From: a virus
Taxonomy: Duplodnaviria > Caudoviricetes
Direction: 5' to 3' (one strand)
Virus record (IMG/VR): IMGVR_UViG_3300032373_000006
Span: 3,739 to 67,738 of that record
DNA length: 64,000 bases
Below, one piece after another: positions 60,584 to 64,000 of the stretch (positions within the stretch are counted from its first letter, which is position 1; each line of letters starts with the position of its first letter). The notes under the pieces are model-generated. The model saw only the letters and a list, made by a program, of their open reading frames with translations. It was not told the origin of the DNA and searched no databases. The position numbers and the translations under genes were made by a program.

Positions 60584-60791
60584 TCTACCTCCAGAAAGTT
60601 TCTCACGATCCTAATACGTGCGCGAGCCGCGCAAAATTTTTGCCTTACACTGTTTATACAGTTTGAGACTTACTCTGACAAATACTACCTATCCAGCGGG
60701 TATAGGTATTTATCCAACGCCTCCGGAGGCGTCCGGAGAGCCTATGTGGTGCGCTTGGACGTGCTGCCTGCACTGGCACCCAGCCAACGCC

Positions 60792-60813
60792 ATCCAACGC
60801 GTCCAGAGAGGTC
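60792..60813. repeat. 22-bp dispersed element (partner of 14480-14501)
   Basis: ATCCAACGCGTCCAGAGAGGTC; partial ATCCAACGC copy at 60712-60720. Confidence 0.85.
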
Positions 60814-63219
60814 CTAAAAAGCATTATCATCTGGCTGATCAAGGTCCAACTGCGCAGGCTCTTCCCATTCTACCGAACCATGCTCTTTCGCCCACGCTTC
60901 TCTACACTGATCAAGTGTGCCGAAATCGTAGAACATAGCCCGACGAGCTTCTCTTCTAGAATTTCCGAAACCATCGTCTACGTCTACACCTGTTCTGCGA
61001 CGCACCTTGTTCAGATGAGGCACCATCCTGGATAGGAACCGACCAAGAGCAGTTTCGTTACCGCGACGGTTCATCCTCCAGAGTTCCATGTATTTTATGA
61101 AATCCGCCGCCACGCTTGTCGTTTGGGCATATCTCTCCCACTCAGCATCTGTCTCAAAAATACGACCATCTTGTAACTTGAGGAACCACCACTCTTCGTT
61201 GTAATCCATTGACAGCAATTTCTGTTCCTGCAACGCATCAGTCTGTGGAACATTACGCACTTCAAAATTAGATATATCAATAGATTGCAGATAGTACAGC
61301 AGAGCTTCGTACCCACCGTTTTCCATTTGATCATTGAGTTTCCCAAAGAATTTGGCGTCTTGCTTGTTACCTTCGCCCATCTGGAGCATAAAGTAACGAC
61401 GCTCGTCGCCTGTTGCCCTGATAACGTGGGCATCGTTGGAAGCCATGATCATGTGGATGAAGTTGGGTGTGTCCTCGACATCGTAGCCCTTCTTCTCAAT
61501 GTTTAGTGTGTCCTCTGTAACAATACGCTTGAGAACGCTTTCGTGTTGCTTATCTCCTGCAAAGAATGCCTCGTCTGCAAACAGACAAACACAATCTTGT
61601 AGGTGAGCGTTGAAGTTGCCGACCAAGTGTTTCGCATTGGCGATGTGCATGAAGTGTCGCCCAAAGAGACGACCAAACGTCCTCGCGAACCAGCCTTTAC
61701 CAGTACCTTTGCCGCCCTGTAGAACGATAGAGACTTCACCAGCTGAGGCAGGCTGTTGAACTGCCCGCGCCATCCAGCAGATTATGTACTCATAATGTTC
61801 TTCGTTGCCACGACACACGTTCTCCCTGATGTGTTGGAGATACAAGCCACACTCTCCAGGAATAGCATCGTAAGCGAACCCGCGCCACAGATTGTAGACA
61901 CCCTCTTGCTCAATCAAAGGCATGAAACGCATGGTATCATACTGCCGACGCATTGGGTGGTTCAGCCAGTATTTGCCGAGCGGCTCGGTGACAGCGGCTC
62001 CGTCTTTGGTTTGACCAACCTGCACTCGCTTGTTCATGTACCGTTGATTGATACTTTCAAAGCTGGACATCGTCAGCTTGGTGCGGTTGAATGTCTGACC
62101 ATTGTGCAGCTTGAGGTGATCGTCTATCTCCTCGATCACAGCGCACTTCCCGCCGATGTTACCAATCACAGCATGTCGGTCGTTCATTTGTAGAAGGTGT
62201 GGGTCTTCACTATATTGCTTGGCGCGTGAGATTTGCCTGCGAGCATACCGATCGGCCTGAGATTTTAGTTCCAACACAGAAGCAGAGATACCCCAGTCCG
62301 GATCAGTAAGGAGAGAATAGATAACAGCATCCGGCACGTTGCAGCGAGCCAGCCCACAGACGCAGTCGAAAACCCAAGCTGAGCGGGAGTTGTCGCCCTG
62401 CTTCGGCTGTTCTGGGTGAAACCCTTGGGCAATAATAATCTTGACCCTGTCAGGCACGGACCACTCGTCCAACTCCGACAGTTCCATGATCCTATCAATG
62501 TTGCCGACATCAATATCCACATCGTGTACTTTACCACCGTCCATCATGGAGCCAGAAGTTTGGACCCCTGCTGACTTCTTGAACTCTGATATGTCGTACA
62601 CATTTTTAGGATTGTGGAAAAGCAGCTTGGCTTCTACCTCAGTCCTGCCCTTTTTGCGCTTCTGTGGGTTGGGAATGTTGATAGTCCCAGGAAGACGAGC
62701 GATGCGATCTACGTTGAAACAGTGATCGCCTCCGAACACCTGCTCCAGCCGCTTGTTGTAGAGTTCGAAGTCTTCCCACTTGGCTTCCGTACCACTGATA
62801 GGAAACGGTTCTTTTAGTTTCCAAAAGCCCCAGTATCCGTTACCAGAGAATACGATCATGGTTGGCTCAGGAATACCTTTCGGTAAGTTCTGAGTCAGCT
62901 GAGACAATATCATAGTGCGGTCGTTTTCTAGACCTTCTGCATCAGTTGCGTTGCTGTCAATATCAACATGCAGCCAGAGACCATTAGAGATATCGGTTTT
63001 GCTGGGCTTTGTGCTGATATCTGATCTAGCTTCGTTGACCAAGAAGTATAGGTTGCGAACACCGTTCTCTTGTTCAACAAATGTGTACGCAGACTGCTCG
63101 TCTGTAAATGTGCGGAACGTTACCTGCTTGCGATCTGGGGCAATAGCACCCAAGGTCCACGGCCCACCCTTCTTGAATAGCTGAAGGAAGTCGACTGATT
63201 TATCGCTATTACCTTTCAT
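60814..63219 (-). CDS. Primase-helicase (RepB-like primase plus D5/DUF5906 SF3 helicase)
   Basis: FSGNGYWGFW, DRIARLPGTIN; Walker A QGGKGTGKG; LFADEAF. Confidence 0.88.
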   Translation of the reverse strand: MKGNSDKSVDFLQLFKKGGPWTLGAIAPDRKQVTFRTFTDEQSAYTFVEQENGVRNLYFLVNEARSDISTKPSKTDISNGLWLHVDIDSNATDAEGLENDRTMILSQLTQNLPKGIPEPTMIVFSGNGYWGFWKLKEPFPISGTEAKWEDFELYNKRLEQVFGGDHCFNVDRIARLPGTINIPNPQKRKKGRTEVEAKLLFHNPKNVYDISEFKKSAGVQTSGSMMDGGKVHDVDIDVGNIDRIMELSELDEWSVPDRVKIIIAQGFHPEQPKQGDNSRSAWVFDCVCGLARCNVPDAVIYSLLTDPDWGISASVLELKSQADRYARRQISRAKQYSEDPHLLQMNDRHAVIGNIGGKCAVIEEIDDHLKLHNGQTFNRTKLTMSSFESINQRYMNKRVQVGQTKDGAAVTEPLGKYWLNHPMRRQYDTMRFMPLIEQEGVYNLWRGFAYDAIPGECGLYLQHIRENVCRGNEEHYEYIICWMARAVQQPASAGEVSIVLQGGKGTGKGWFARTFGRLFGRHFMHIANAKHLVGNFNAHLQDCVCLFADEAFFAGDKQHESVLKRIVTEDTLNIEKKGYDVEDTPNFIHMIMASNDAHVIRATGDERRYFMLQMGEGNKQDAKFFGKLNDQMENGGYEALLYYLQSIDISNFEVRNVPQTDALQEQKLLSMDYNEEWWFLKLQDGRIFETDAEWERYAQTTSVAADFIKYMELWRMNRRGNETALGRFLSRMVPHLNKVRRRTGVDVDDGFGNSRREARRAMFYDFGTLDQCREAWAKEHGSVEWEEPAQLDLDQPDDNAF

Positions 63220-63560
63220 TCTTCGGACCAATACTTGACAAGAGTTTCAGGGTTTGCTTTGCCTTGCTCCATGAGATTGTACCAGTAGCGAGATACCTCA
63301 GCTTGCTCTGCACATTGTGGAATTGTCCACCCAGAGCGGCGTCGCATGATAAAGCATATCTCGTACGAAAATAAATCGCTAAGGTGTGGCATTTCTTTGA
63401 GTGGTGTGTTCTCAACGCCGAGCTCAAGCTTTTCATAAAGATACCTGCTGACACCGATAACATAAGGGGCCTCTCGTTGATTGTAGCCCTCTCTGCGACG
63501 CCATAGCAGTAGATGCTCGCCAACAGTTAGATCTGATACGGTGATTTCAGGAATTCGCAC
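63216..63560 (-). CDS. Tandem XRE-type HTH transcriptional regulator
   Basis: Two HTH_3-like repeats (WRRREGYNQREA..GVSR; RRRSGWTIPQCAEQAEVSR); GTG start inferred. Confidence 0.7.
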   Translation of the reverse strand: MRIPEITVSDLTVGEHLLLWRRREGYNQREAPYVIGVSRYLYEKLELGVENTPLKEMPHLSDLFSYEICFIMRRRSGWTIPQCAEQAEVSRYWYNLMEQGKANPETLVKYWSEE

Positions 63561-63952
63561 AGTTCCTGTTGAGGTAGGGATTTCTCGAATACCTTCAACG
63601 CCCAGCGATACATCTGTGGTCGTGTCATGTTGTCCCATAGATTTTCTTCCTTGATGGTTCGTCCTGAGAAAAAGAACCATGATGTGCTGACCTTTGCCAT
63701 GACGAGAGCAATACCACCCGCCCGCTCTCTGCGATATAGCCAGACTTGTTGTTCTTTGCTTAGAGGGTGTGCGAATTTCACAGGGTTGGTGTCGCATCCT
63801 TTGGGCCATGCTTTCATAGCCTTGCACTCTATCCATCCATGTGTGTAGTTGACGTCCGGTATGCCGAGACCAGTTAGTGGTGATTCTATAGAGCAGGCAT
63901 CTAAAGAGGAGGCCCTTTTGACAAGGGTTCCTTTCGCACTATTCTCAGACAT
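63527..63952 (-). CDS. VRR-NUC / PD-(D/E)XK nuclease (Holliday junction resolvase-like)
   Basis: GIPDVNY...WIECKA...LSKEQQVWL. Confidence 0.75.
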   Translation of the reverse strand: MSENSAKGTLVKRASSLDACSIESPLTGLGIPDVNYTHGWIECKAMKAWPKGCDTNPVKFAHPLSKEQQVWLYRRERAGGIALVMAKVSTSWFFFSGRTIKEENLWDNMTRPQMYRWALKVFEKSLPQQELCEFLKSPYQI

Positions 63953-64000
63953 GAAATACTCCGGACGCTAGGGTTGGCTTTTATCTTACCCCAAGGGGCA

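Noticed and set aside
115-63848. Many plus-strand and alternate-frame ORFs in the track (e.g. 905..1294, 2337..2828, 36796..37311, 45153..45836)
   Set aside because: Shadows of well-supported minus-strand genes, with no SD or recognisable motifs.
1-64000. Stop-codon reassignment
   Set aside because: Conserved genes translate intact with the standard code and end at TAA, TAG and TGA, with normal overlaps.
1-64000. Integrase/lysogeny module, DGR reverse transcriptase, homing endonuclease or intron in core genes, Ro60/TROVE, deazaguanine (dpdA/que) genes
   Set aside because: No such motifs recognised in the window. They could lie outside it, as the DNA polymerase apparently does.

Overview
The window is most of the genome of a tailed (siphovirus-type) dsDNA phage. 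Almost every gene is on the minus strand; 44091..44753 is the only convincing plus-strand CDS. The gene set and order resemble YuA/M6/phiJL001-like phages (inference from gene content; host not determinable, Alphaproteobacteria plausible). In coordinate order it carries: a thymidine-modification/nucleotide module (DUF3310, HD hydrolase, dUMP hydroxymethyltransferase-type thymidylate synthase homologue, GT-B glycosyltransferase, aGPT-Pplase1/HMUDK-helical protein); class II RNR, RecD/Dda-like helicase, SSB and SNF2 helicase; an ori-like repeat array; lysis cassette; tail, head and terminase genes; many small early genes; ATP-dependent ligase, primase-helicase, tandem HTH and VRR-NUC nuclease. 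No DNA polymerase or integrase lies inside the window. Most striking observations: (1) a 648-bp island (41648..42295) with no GA or TC dinucleotide, whose two ORFs encode proteins with no Asp or Glu, next to a GA/TC hyper-rich repeat zone, in a phage that encodes T-hypermodification enzymes; (2) a circularly permuted tRNA-like RNA (T arm, closed acceptor stem, then D arm; YrlA/Y-RNA-like) downstream of a conserved unknown protein and AGACT repeats, with no Ro60 gene in the window; (3) a second tRNA-like RNA with a 28-nt insertion in its anticodon loop; (4) a hmU plus glycosyltransferase cluster suggesting sugar-modified thymidine. Family names come from motifs recognised by eye, not database searches. 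Several start codons were moved downstream of the ORF-track starts using SD sequences and stop/start overlaps.
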